A DNA stretch of 47,692 nucleotides from Octopus bimaculoides (GCF_001194135.2 NC_068988.1:69964196-70011887); one strand, 5' to 3'. Shown: positions 1 to 11,126, numbered from the stretch's first letter. Notes: generated from the sequence alone by a model not told the origin. Program-made: numbers and translations.

Positions 1-494
1 TATATATCATGGACCCTGAAGTTGTTCGTAAACAGCAGCAGTAATTTCCTTCAGCTGAATACACATCATTGATTGGTTAAAATTACCCAGATACGACTTT
101 AACATGAAGCAACTTCTAAGATACAAAATTTTGTCAAAAGCATTAAGAGTAAACCCTGTTCTATGTGACACATTCTACCAGTATCCGAAGTTTCAAAGTG
201 TTTAGTTATAAAAAAATGAACCAAAAATCCTGGCTGTGAAATTGAATAAATGTCACATATATCTATATATGTGTATATATAGTTAATTAAAAAAACACAG
301 AAAAAAAATCAAAATAAAAAATCAAACAAACGTGTGGATGTAGCACAAGTAATGTAATTTATAAAATGCTCAGAGAAAGAAAAGAGTAGTAATTTTACGT
401 TTCATAGCTCTTCTTCAGAAACAGGAAAAATAAGTTAGTCCAAGACAAAGGGGGAAAAAAGTCGTCAATAATCATGTGTAGTTACATTTTTGAA

Positions 495-600
495 GTGACC
501 GGAAGTAGAAAGAATTAAGAGGAAGTATTTTCTGGGAAAGGAGAGCGTGAAAATGATCCGTATATGTTTGAATAAGGTAGCGCGCGCGCACATTTTTCAA
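495..600 (+). promoter_or_regulatory. Putative TATA-less promoter with ETS/GABP-type motifs
   Basis: ACCGGAAGT at 498-506 and a second AGAGGAAGT at 518-526. Local CpG retention (CGCGCGCGC near 581-589) in a CpG-poor window. A strong splice donor lies about 230 nt downstream. Confidence 0.55.
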
Positions 601-734
601 AGAATTCTTTTACAACCTATTTGTTTTCGCAAAGGGGACTGTGGAGATAAAAGTTGGGAAGAGAATCAAGAGAAGAAAAGGAAGAACGATTAAGTTGGAA
701 TGTGGGGAGAATTGTCCTTGAGGATTCAGCATTG
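500..734 (+). other. Candidate first exon of an unidentified gene (start position approximate)
   Basis: Purine-rich exon-like stretch downstream of the ETS motifs, ending at consensus donor TTG|GTAAGC (GT at 735-736). Confidence 0.5.
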
Positions 735-813
735 GTAAGCAAAAGTATCAAGTGGTACCAAATGATCTAGTAACCATGGCCGGTATGTGCGTGTGTGTTT
801 AGTGTGTGTATGT

Positions 814-888
814 ATGGTAGCGTGAGTGCATATAGTGGTAACTGTGTGTGTGCATGGTAGCATGTGTGCATGTGGCGGTAACTGTGTG
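814..888. repeat. Two-copy tandem repeat, 40-bp period
   Basis: ATGGTAGCGTGAGTGCATATAGTGGTAACTGTGTG (814-848) and ATGGTAGCATGTGTGCATGTGGCGGTAACTGTGTG (854-888). Confidence 0.7.
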
Positions 889-1158
889 AGTACCCCACAT
901 TGAGCAATTATTACATCAGAGGATCAGCTAGCTAAGAAGCATATGTATCAAGCATTTAACCTGCTCCATTCCCTCAATTTGTATTCTTATTTGCATTTTT
1001 AGCAACTCTAGTTGCTAACTATGAGTTATGCAGAAACTTTCAGCTTATGGAATTTCTTTGTAACTTCGATTTGGGAGAAAGAGTGTGACTTTCAACACTA
1101 ATAAATTGTTATTGTTCCTCACCATACACTGTCTATTTAGGTGGCAAATATACTTCAC

Positions 1159-1161
<3 letters not shown>

Positions 1162-1199
<38 letters not shown>

Positions 1200-1803
1200 N
1201 NNNNNNNNNNNNNNNNNNNNNNNNNNNNNNNNNNNNNNNNNNNNNNNNNNNNNNNNNNNNNNNNNNNNNNNNNNNNNNNNNNNNNNNNNNNNNNNNNNNN
1301 NNNNNNNNNNNNNNNNNNNNNNNNNNNNNNNNNNNNNNNNNNNNNNNNNNNNNNNNNNNNNNNNNNNNNNNNNNNNNNNNNNNNNNNNNNNNNNNNNNNN
1401 NNNNNNNNNNNNNNNNNNNNNNNNNNNNNNNNNNNNNNNNNNNNNNNNNNNNNNNNNNNNNNNNNNNNNNNNNNNNNNNNNNNNNNNNNNNNNNNNNNNN
1501 NNNNNNNNNNNNNNNNNNNNNNNNNNNNNNNNNNNNNNNNNNNNNNNNNNNNNNNNNNNNNNNNNNNNNNNNNNNNNNNNNNNNNNNNNNNNNNNNNNNN
1601 NNNNNNNNNNNNNNNNNNNNNNNNNNNNNNNNNNNNNNNNNNNNNNNNNNNNNNNNNNNNNNNNNNNNNNNNNNNNNNNNNNNNNNNNNNNNNNNNNNNN
1701 NNNNNNNNNNNNNNNNNNNNNNNNNNNNNNNNNNNNNNNNNNNNNNNNNNNNNNNNNNNNNNNNNNNNNNNNNNNNNNNNNNNNNNNNNNNNNNNNNNNN
1801 NNN
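1162..1803. repeat. (TA)n microsatellite running into an assembly gap (N 1200-1803)
   Basis: Direct inspection. Other gaps: 7755-7764, 21947-22530, 34332-34795, 36467-36539. Confidence 0.95.
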
Positions 1804-2053
1804 GTGAGGATATTGACGTAAATCATTTTTTTCATTTAATTCCCACTTTAATTTTCGTAAAAGTTTCCAAGTACCAATGAGGATTTTGGGCGCATCTTCA
1901 ATTTTCCCTTTCATGAGAGGCGCCCAGCCATCATTCATCTGAGAGTCCATCTACAGAATGTCCTCAAATTTCTATACAGCATATTTTGCTTTTTTTCATC
2001 CAGTATATAGGGCAACAATTTCATTCCCAAGCAACGCCGGGTGCCTCTGCTAG
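1804..2053 (+). mobile_element. Helitron-like 3' terminus (non-autonomous; 5' part probably in the gap)
   Basis: GC-rich subterminal hairpin CCCAAGCAACGCCGGG (about 2026-2041), then CTAG at 2050-2053 and a T, matching the canonical Helitron 3' end. Confidence 0.55.
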
Positions 2054-2539
2054 TATATTATATTCCAAAGGAGAATTCAAGTAGGTTCAACAATTTAGAA
2101 TAATAACGTACCATATACTCAGCCATAAAACCAATGTATGCAATGTATGCAAATTATTAAATGTATGCAAATAAATGTATGCAAATTATTAAAATATATT
2201 TAATGCATCACTCATTAAATATTTTTAAGATACAAAAAATTTACTGATCCATAAATATATAATAGACATATATGCGTAGAAAAACTATTGATGTATAAAA
2301 ATATATTACCATCTTGAAAGTTATATATTGAAGACATCATCCTACTTACAGATTAAGACCACTGTTAAAAAGATATTTAAACAATATTAAAAAATAGAAG
2401 AGTAAATCCTTTTGAAAAGGTGAATAAAGAAATGTTTTAGCATACAGATGGAAAGTAAAGTTTCCAATGATTAGACAGTGGTACACCAATTTCAAGAATT
2501 AACTGGTGGTACTGCATTGGCTGTTTCAAGGGTACAGTA

Positions 2540-3240
2540 ATCGATACAGATAAAGGATATTCCTATCCAAATTTTAGACTGCTTCCTTCATCAGGGAGAA
2601 TGTATTAGTTAAGGATTCACATCTCATATACTGCCATAAAAAAATAAATGGGTCTTTGGTTTTATAAAGAGCTACATGTATCAGCAGGAAGTGCAAATAT
2701 TACAGCAAGAATTGTGGGAAGTAAATTTAGAAAATATGGTAGATTATTAGCAAGTAATTATTCACAAAGAAGAAGGTGAGAGGGGTGTGAGTATAAATAT
2801 TAGGTGGAATGTAACTAATTATAGAGGTTAATGATCAATATATCCAGATTGATCAAAATGCTTAAATGTTGAATCGTATCCATGGTTACAAGAGTACTTA
2901 GCATCAGAGAACTTATTCAATAATGTAGAGTTATATCAACGGAGAATGTTTTTAGGTTCTTTAATACATGGTTTACATAAAACGTAATTGTTTTATATGA
3001 AGGACGTCTGCTATTATAGACCAAGATAATGAATATTGTATATTCCTTAGCTTCAGTTCATGTATATATGTGGCTAGCGTTGTTGCAAATTTATATTTTA
3101 AGTTAATAAAAGAATTCAAATGAGCCCTACAATGATGCTTAAAATCAATATAACTTCCTATGTAAACCCTTACCGTATGTGTGGCAGGTATCTCTAAGAT
3201 CCAGCAAGTGGGCATGAATTTAGGATATGACAATTACATG
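2540..3240 (-). mobile_element. Penelope-like retroelement fragment (GIY-YIG endonuclease C-terminus plus 3' region), degenerate
   Basis: RVYIGSYIDFKHHCRAHLNSFINLKYKFATTLATYIHELKLRNIQYSLSWSII, then after frameshifts LCKPCIKE and LLNKFSDAKYSCNHGY. This matches the YIG...F..R...H..SF...W.I...CxxC...LLNK...CxH pattern of PLE endonucleases. Confidence 0.7.
2557..2603 (-). ncRNA. Degenerate minimal type-I hammerhead ribozyme motif (Penelope-associated)
   Basis: Minus strand reads ACATTCTCC-CTGATGA-AGG AAGCAG TCT-AAAA-TTTGGA-TA-GGAATAT. The CTGATGA core is intact, stem II is 3 bp, and GAAA is changed to AAAA. Confidence 0.4.
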
Positions 3241-3369
3241 TTTTTCTTCACGTTTCAGCAATAATCTTCCATTTAACTGAGGTCAGATCACCCTATTCTT
3301 AGTGGATAATTATATATTCCAGTATAATTCCAGAATAATTAAATATTCCAGTATTTATATTTTAAGCAC

Positions 3370-3560
3370 GGTACTTACTCTATCGATCTCTTTTGTTGAA
3401 CCACTTCGTTATAGAGACTTAAACAAACCAAGTGGTGATGGGGACAAACACAGGTACAGAGACACATACACATGGGTATGTACACGACAAATGCCTTTCA
3501 GTTTCCAGCTTTGGTCAGACCAGCGTTATGGTGTGGGTCAGCAGCTGACTTTCTACTACA
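3370..3560 (-). mobile_element. SINE family B, 3' half
   Basis: Reverse-complement similarity to the tail of the full copies at 39057-39455 and 46051-46439. Confidence 0.6.
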
Positions 3561-4166
3561 CAGTTACACACACACACACACACACATGTATATATCAATG
3601 TGTGTGTGTGTGAATGTGCTATCTTTTAATTGGACAAATAAACAATACCAGGAAAGCAAGCTTGGAGAATAGACTAAAATGAAAGAAAAAAATTGAATAT
3701 AATATATAAATAAAGTTATAAATCATGAGAGAAATTCTATGATAAAATATATATATAGCCATTGGAAATCCTTATATCACAATAATTGTTACATCGAGAG
3801 ACTTTTGTTTATCATGGATTTTTCTCTCATCCGTTGAGCTAGCTTAATATCTGTATTGATTTAAAACATTATTTATATTAATGTGGACAAGTAAATAATT
3901 TACTCATTATAAAATATAATAAAATACAGTATCTATGCATGCATGTTATAAGTTGTGAAACAATTGTTGTTATATAAGAATTTCAAATAGTTACGTAAAA
4001 CTTATCATGGTATATTTTTCTCATCATTCATAACTTTATACAATCCCTCTTGTTTTCTCTTGTATTATACTATATATTCTAATCGTTTTGTAGAATGATA
4101 CATTAAGGAGTCTATTTTTTTATGAGTACTTCCGGATTAGTTGAAGCCATATATTGTGACTTAAAT

Positions 4167-4231
4167 ATGTGTGTGTATGTATATTTACACACACACACAC
4201 ATATACATATGTATATATATGTATATATTTA

Positions 4232-4317
<86 letters not shown>

Positions 4318-4660
4318 CATATATAAATGTATGTATTTATATATGTATATATATATGCATGTATATATATATACACACACACATAAATGTATGTTTATAT
4401 ATATGTATATATATAATACAATTAAGATTCGGTTGAATTAGGTACTTAAATTGAGGTACCTTTTGAGGTCTGAGTAACATGCACACTCAACAATATTAAG
4501 TAAATATCAAACTTGGTGCATAGGTGCTGGTCACATGATATTCTTGCAGTGTATGCAAATAATTAGACCCAGCTGAGTGAAGAAATATATATATATATAT
4601 ATGTATGTATATGTATATGTGTTTATATGTATATATATGTATGCACATATATATACACAT

Positions 4661-4701
<41 letters not shown>

Positions 4702-4739
4702 CATATGCATACATATATATATATATATATACATACATA
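4167..4739. repeat. Compound (TA)n/(CA)n microsatellites (4167-4415 and 4587-4739)
   Basis: Direct inspection. These generate the YIYI/HTHT ORFs. Confidence 0.95.
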
Positions 4740-5511
4740 CAGGGTGCATAAGATATTTGAGGACAGATTTATGTTTATTAAAAAAAACAGATATATAACA
4801 ACAGATAACTTTTTCTTTTATCAAAAATTGCTATGAAAATAAAAATAAACATTCCTTTCTATAATGTTATTCAATAAAACCAACTTCAGCTTCAACAACT
4901 GCTTCGATATGAGATCTAAATTATCTACATGCTTGAATCAAGTGGTGCTGGTTCATTCTAGACATTATTCTGACTATGGCAACTTTCATAGAATCTTTGG
5001 TGTTATGGGTGTGTTCATTGACCTCTCCCTCAACAACGCTCTACACGTAATAGTCCAATGGATTGAGATCTGGGGAATTAGGAGGCCAAATATTAGGGGT
5101 TATGTGATCATGAAAATTTTCTGCCATCCATTCCTGTGTTACTAGAGTCATGTCTGATAGTGCAGTGTCTTACTGAAACACATATGGCCTTCCATTGCAT
5201 ACATTGTCTATCCAGGGCTTAACAATTATTTCCAGGACCTCAATGTAAGTAGCAGAGTTAACTCAAATGCCTTATGGAAAGATGTAAAGAGGCATCACAT
5301 GTCCTTCATTGCTGACAAACCCTTAAACCATGACAGTTGCAGGAAAATTTGTATGCATAACACTTGAAACTTCAGAAGGGTCAGCACATAACCATTTCTT
5401 ATTTCTTCTGTTAATTTTTGATTTTGGTCGAGGTTTTCCTCATTTGAGAAAAACCAAAGCAAATCTTCTTCTGTTGGATTTTTCAGTTTGTTTAATAGCT
5501 TTTTAGATCTG
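4740..5511 (-). mobile_element. maT/Bmmar1-type (DD37D) transposon, 3' half, transposase pseudogene
   Basis: End TA|CAGGGTG at 4738-4746. Minus translation LWFFSNEENLDQNQK..NRRNKKWLCADPSEVSSVMHTNFPATVMV*GFVSNEGHVMP...VFQ*D(37 aa)..WPPNSPDLNPLDYY. I count 37 residues between D2 and D3. Multiple stops, one frameshift, and the first Asp reads N. Confidence 0.85.
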
Positions 5512-5517
5512 ATGTAG

Positions 5518-6979
5518 TGATAAAACTTTTCTCAGCTGGTTTGCACACTATGGCAACACCATTGTTATGTTTTCATTATACTGTGTAATGACCTTCCTTC
5601 TTTATTTCAGATTCTTCAGTTTTGGGGTAAACCACGCTAATAGCTTTTGAATGAAAACAGTTCATCTAGACATATTTTTTTCAGGAAATGAAGGGTAATT
5701 ATACATAGTAAGCACACATTGTGTATCTATTTAACAGAAACCGATAATAATATTATAACATTTATTGACATAATGAATTATTTAGCCACATGAGTGCCAT
5801 TTCGATGGACAACTTCAAAAACCCTATTAGACATAGAATCTGTCAATTTCTTAATAGTAGCAGGTTGAACTGCCCCTGCTGCAGCTTTGATAGTTACCCA
5901 TTAGACATCTTTTGATGTAAGTGGGCATCCACTGACATAAACATGCTGCTCAATGATGGACTAAAGATTTTCAATGGGGTTGAGATCCAGAAATGCTGGC
6001 AGCCACACCATCAACCTTTCACCTTTTATGCTGTAAGATTCTAATAATATTTGGGTGGTCCTAGCAGAGTGGGAAGGAGCGTTGTCATGCATGAATATGA
6101 GGTTCCTTAGAAGTGACAGCGGTATGTTATCTAACTAGGGATCCAAGACCTCCTTCAGGAGATTGCAGTAGGCAGCTGCAGTCGCTTTAACCCCTTCAGG
6201 CACTCTGACTGGGCCAACAAGTCTGTCACCAATGATACCAGCCCACAACATGACTCCTCCACCCAATTGTTGAAGTCATAAATGTTGGTGACACTCATCT
6301 CCAAAATAGACACAAACATTTGCCCAACCGTTGCGTCTGTCAAGGGTCACCCTGGTTTCACCAGTGAACAGAATGCAACTCATGTCTAACATCATGTACT
6401 GGGCCCATTGAAGTTTCAAACTTCTGTGGTAAGGCATTAAAAGAGGCAGTTTCAGGGGATCTTGCACTGAAGCCATGGTCCCAAGGATGTGATTTCTAGT
6501 GGTTTTGGTACATGAGGAAGTTCATAAAATGGCTTTGCTTGTTTGTCCAGGTTTTTCATGCAGCTTTTGGCCAATATTCCTTAAATCCCTAGCTGTCACA
6601 GAGTTGGAGGTCCCACAATTGGATCATTTCTTCCTTGGCAAAGGGTCCTTCAGTAATCATCTAGCTATGTCCATATGATGGCCTAACTTCTCTGCAATGA
6701 CATAAAGTGGTGTGCCTTTAGTACTTTCCTTGATGATGACAAACTTTTCTACATTGTAAAAACCTTTTCCATGTCCCATTGTTCTTAGAGAGGAGAGATG
6801 CTTTTAGCATGGTTCACCCAAAAACTGAAGAATTTGAAATAAAAAAGAAAGGACGCTACACAAAATGATGGAAACATAATGATGGTGTTGCCATAGTGTG
6901 CAAACCAGGTGGGAAAAGTTTTGTCAGAATCGATTCACAGTAAACCAAGAAATCCTAAACTATTAAGTGGTCCTGGGTG
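5518..6979 (-). mobile_element. Tc1-like DD37E (TRT-type) transposon with long TIRs; transposase pseudogene at about 5778-6779
   Basis: Imperfect inverted repeats 5518-5645 and 6800-6979, with the right end followed by TA. Minus translation MGHGKGFTM*...LFTGETRVTLD...FMHDNAPSHSARTTQILLESYSIKGERLMVWLPAFLDLNPIEN, with 37 residues between D and E. Contains stops and the first Asp reads G. Confidence 0.85.
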
Positions 6980-7299
6980 TATATATATATATGTATATAT
7001 AATAATACCTCACTTTACAAAGACCTGCTTTCAAAGATCCTGAGTTTATGAGTTTTATTTTTCAAGCAGAAGATCCAAAATTTTGAACAAAGGGCAAAAG
7101 TTCCTACTACCATAAATGCTTTTGTGTGTTACTGAGAAATTTATAGAGAGTGACAAAAAGCTTCTTCTAAACAAACAACTCTAGACTTGTTTTTAAAAAG
7201 AAATCTATGAGTGCTTGTGAATCGACGGTTGCATCTACATGTGATGGTGTGCATGAGTCTAGTGTGAGTGAAAGTGATTCAGAAAGCAATAATGAAGCC

Positions 7300-7650
7300 T
7301 GATCTTTGAGGTGATGACAAGTCATCAAGACCTTGGTGATATGCTGTGCCTGAGGAGATTTGTCAAACCAAGTTAAACCATAGTTGTTTCCATGGCCAGT
7401 GTCATGTAAATAGCACTCATGAAATTGTAGTCTTGACCATTTCTGGTTTCATGCAAAGGGCACCCATGCCAATGGCACGTAAAAAGCACCCATTACACTC
7501 TCAGAGTGGTTGGCATTAGAAAGGGCATCTAGCCATAAAAACCATACCAAATCAGACTGGAATCTGATACAGATCTCCATGTTACAAGTTCCAATCAAAT
7601 TATCTAACCCATGCCAACATGGAAAGCAGATGTATGATGATGATGATAAT
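7300..7650 (+). mobile_element. RTE-type LINE 3' UTR fragment with (GAT)n tail
   Basis: Same family as 41868-42445, where this UTR is contiguous with the RTE ORF2 C-terminus. Ends CCATGCCAACATGGAAAGCAGATGTATGATGATGAT. Confidence 0.65.
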
Positions 7651-7679
7651 TTTGACATTTTTTTTTATTTAACATGAAA

Positions 7680-7754
7680 TCATCATCATCATCATCATCG
7701 TTTAACGTCCGCTTTCCATGCTAGCATGGGTTGGACGATTTGACTGAGGACTGG
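7680..7754 (-). mobile_element. RTE-type LINE 3' end (opposite orientation, truncated by gap)
   Basis: (CAT)n-CGTTTAACGTCCGCTTTCCATGCTAGCATGGG, same as the start of 41868-42445. Confidence 0.7.
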
Positions 7755-7764
7755 NNNNNNNNNN

Positions 7765-7799
<35 letters not shown>

Positions 7800-7932
7800 C
7801 GATAGTGGTGTCAATTAGACCCAAGGGTTTCAGGTATATACTGAGTAAGTGCTATGGATAGACCACAGTTAAGCTCAATGTTCGGTGGTTATGTGAATAA
7901 GGGGTCAAATGTAAGTCATATATCAGCGTGTG

Positions 7933-8078
7933 TATATAAGGATTTACTCTTCGTAATGAGATAAAAAACCAAGGCTGTGTATAATATAGAACATTTATAA
8001 ATAGAACATTTATAAATGTTCTATATTATACACAGCCTTGGTTTTTTTATCTCATTACGCAAAGTAAATCCTTATATA
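7933..8078. repeat. 146-bp near-perfect palindrome
   Basis: Arms 7933-7992 and 8018-8078 differ by 2 substitutions and 1 A-run indel. Centre is ATTTATAAAT-AGAAC-ATTTATAAAT. Confidence 0.95.
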
Positions 8079-8247
8079 TTTATTTATACGCAGTGTTTGA
8101 GAGTTTCATGCATTGGCACATATCAAATAGAAATATACATATACTCATATTTGGAGTTCTGTTTTTTCTGTTCACATCACCATACCTACATATATATTTG
8201 TGACATGAATATTTTACAAACAAATGAGTTTAATACTTAATTTCATT

Positions 8248-8282
<35 letters not shown>

Positions 8283-9699
8283 TTAAATACATAAAATTAG
8301 ATATTTAAGTTATTTTCTCACTTCTGCTTGAAACAATAATTTTCTACAGTGACCAGCAACATGTTTTGATATTGTGGCTGAATGCCGTCTACACGTTTCA
8401 TTGAATCAAGTGACAATCCTTTAAACAGTGTTCCTTTTTTGTACTTATTTTACTTTTTATTTAACAATTACCAAACCTTTTGAAATATATAAGTGAACAC
8501 AGAAAAGGAAAACAAAGTAAGTTAATATAAATTGTTAAAATAACAATTTTATTCCCTACCTCTCATTCTTTGTCATTTTACACCATATGAGAAGTTACAC
8601 CATTTGTGTGCATATGCGTGTTTTGTGCATGAGTTGTGTACATTTGTGTGTGTGTGTGAACTTTCATCATCATTTAGCATATATTTTGCTTCAAAGTTTT
8701 GTTTGTTTATTAGGAGATGACAAAAATTTGCAGTTTTATCTTTTTGAAAATGCCTGCTGCTCCAGCAGTTGATATACTACCACTAACCCTATATTTTCAT
8801 ACTTTCCCTATGTCATTTTAATCTCCTTCCACCTGCTTGACTGACATGAAACACTGCATTTTATTGTAAGATATGTGTCTTTGTGTGTATATGTGAAATC
8901 GATAAATATAGTTTATGATAAAAAAATTTAGTTTCATTTTCATTAAGATATGTCGTGGTGACTTCAGAGTTCACAACATTTCACCTACGTTTAACATCTC
9001 TCACTCTCACTCACTCTCACTCCATTTGTTGTTTTAGTCTCCCTTTACCAGTGTGACCGACAAAACACACATTGTATTTTATTATATGTAAGAGTGCAGC
9101 CCTTGCATTCTAAGTTCAAATATATTTTTCATTTTTCTGAGGGTCAATAATTTTAAAAAATCAGTTACATACTATAGTCATTTTAATTAACTATACCTAC
9201 TCTCTACAATTTTGAGGTTTAAGTTAATTTTAGTCTGTATTAACATTTAAGATGCTAATCCACCTGTGACAGTACCTTTTGTTCAAAAATACCAATCAAC
9301 CTGTGACCACCACCTATGATCCTAGAAACTAAATCACCAGTTCAGAGTTTTAATACCAACATCATCGTCATGTAGCATCCATTTTCCTGCTAGAATAGGT
9401 TGGACCAAAGTATATATATTAAATATTTTTTCCTCTCAGTCAAAGAGGAAAATCCCCATGGCACATATTTAAGATTGGTAGTTATAAGAGAGTAAATTAT
9501 CCTAATATTGGAAATTTGAATCAATTGGTTGCAACACTGTAAGCACAGCTAAAGGCAGCCAAGAACCAGGTAGTGGTTTATATTAGGTAACTAACTGAGT
9601 TTCCAACCCCCAAACTCAGAATGTAAAAAAAAAAAAAAACAGAATGGCTACCACAAGGCACCTCACCAATCGCTCTAACAATTCCCCCAGTCTCTCAAG

Positions 9700-10010
9700 T
9701 AAAATTGCAAGCATTCATACACACAGGCATGTCTTTTGTAGGTTCCAGTGTCGCGTAAAATGCATTTGTGCCAGTGCCATCTAAAATGCATTCATGCCAT
9801 TGCTACATGAATGTGCTGGTGGCACGTTCGAAGCACCTAGCACCCTCTGTAAAGTGGTTGGTGTTAGGAAGGGCATCCAGCCATAGAAACCATACCAAAA
9901 CAGACAATTAATGTCTGGAGAGCTCACTGGCTGGCCAACTTCTGTCAAACCATTCCATCCACGCCAGTACGGAAAATGGATGTTAAACGACAATGACAAT
10001 GATGATGATG
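9700..10010 (+). mobile_element. RTE-type LINE 3' UTR fragment with GAC/GAT tail
   Basis: Family motifs GGTTGGTGTTAGGAAGGGCATCCAGCC and ATGGATGTTAAACGACAATGACAATGATGATG. Confidence 0.65.
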
Positions 10011-10608
10011 AAGAAGAGGAAAATTGATGCTGGCAATGGAGTCATTTGGACTCAGAGTGCAAGGAAGCCAGAAGAAATACCGCAAATTTTTGTCCTATGC
10101 TCAAACAATTCTAATTAACTGACTAAATTCAAACTTTATCATTATGTGAGGTAATCCTTTTTTGTTAAGATATGCACTAAATGCTAAACTAATTCTGAAG
10201 GAATTAGTTATCTTACCAAAAATCTCTTCCACTCTTGACTTTTTCCAAAGTTAACTGAAACTCTTTGACTGAATATTTCATTAGAAATCTAGTAATGAAA
10301 TGGTTAAAGACATTAAAACTAAAAATACATTCATTAAAATTAGTCTTGCAACATACCAGCATTTGTTGTTGTTTAGTGCTCGGTCAGTTCCAATCTTGTG
10401 AACTGTGATGACCACCCATGTCTTTTTACAAACCAGGAACAACATTATTCAATGTATTTTTCTTTATTCAGGACTCTAGTGTGTGACTTAAGGGACATCG
10501 TGCTGCTACCAGATCAATCAAAGTACTGTCTACTAAATGACATGTAAACAAAACTGTTCTGACTTCAATAAAAGTTGACATTATTCGTGTTTTCTCACTA
10601 GACTCAGA

Positions 10609-11126
10609 CTAATATGATCTTTTCCTCACCACACGAATATTTCTAATTAGTATTTAATTTAATAAGCATTAAATATTTTAATATTCTTTTCTACTCTAGG
10701 CACAAGGCCCAAATATTATTACAAATATTTGCCAGAATAATTAGAATATATTTATTTTTGTCACTATTTCTGATTAACTTTTAATGTTCACTGCATTAAT
10801 CATGGTTAACTCTAACTTGAATATTGTTTTTCACTCAGATGACATTTTTGAATAATTTATTCTCTAAAATTTACTTATTATTTATGCTTGCTTCCATGCA
10901 TTACTTTCCTTCACTGATTCTCTCATTATTACTTCAGTGAAGTGCAGTGCACTCTATATTTCCCGGAGGAACTTTAATAAAACCAAAACATATGCATATT
11001 TTGATTCAAATATTTCTGATTGAGCTAATATGATCTTTTCCTTACCACATAAATATTTCTAATTAGTATTTAATTTAATAAACATTAAATATTTTAATAT
11101 TCTTTTCTACTCTAGGCACAAGGCCC
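10609..11126 (+). repeat. 102-bp direct duplication (10609-10710 and 11025-11126)
   Basis: CTAATATGATCTTTTCC...TTTAATATTCTTTTCTACTCTAGGCACAAGGCCC occurs twice, 416 bp apart, with few substitutions. Confidence 0.9.

Noticed and set aside
9-44. Short ORF MDPEVVRKQQQ* at the window start
   Set aside because: Only 11 codons, with no splice or promoter support visible within the window.
999-1018. Small palindrome TTAGCAACT-CT-AGTTGCTAA
   Set aside because: A 9-bp arm is plausible by chance in 47 kb of AT-rich DNA, and it has no supporting context.
1045-1950. Long ORFs of 200-300 aa spanning N runs (also 21851-22579 and 34199-35035)
   Set aside because: They are open only because Ns contain no stop codons, and the flanks are microsatellite translations.
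2134-2192. AATGTATGCAAAT short tandem duplications
   Set aside because: Ordinary slippage-type duplication in AT-rich DNA.
4120-4836. YIYI/HTHT/CVCV/SLSL/ERER ORFs here and at 25202-25727, 43326-43683 and 44871-45260
   Set aside because: They are translations of dinucleotide and tetranucleotide microsatellites with no coding signal.
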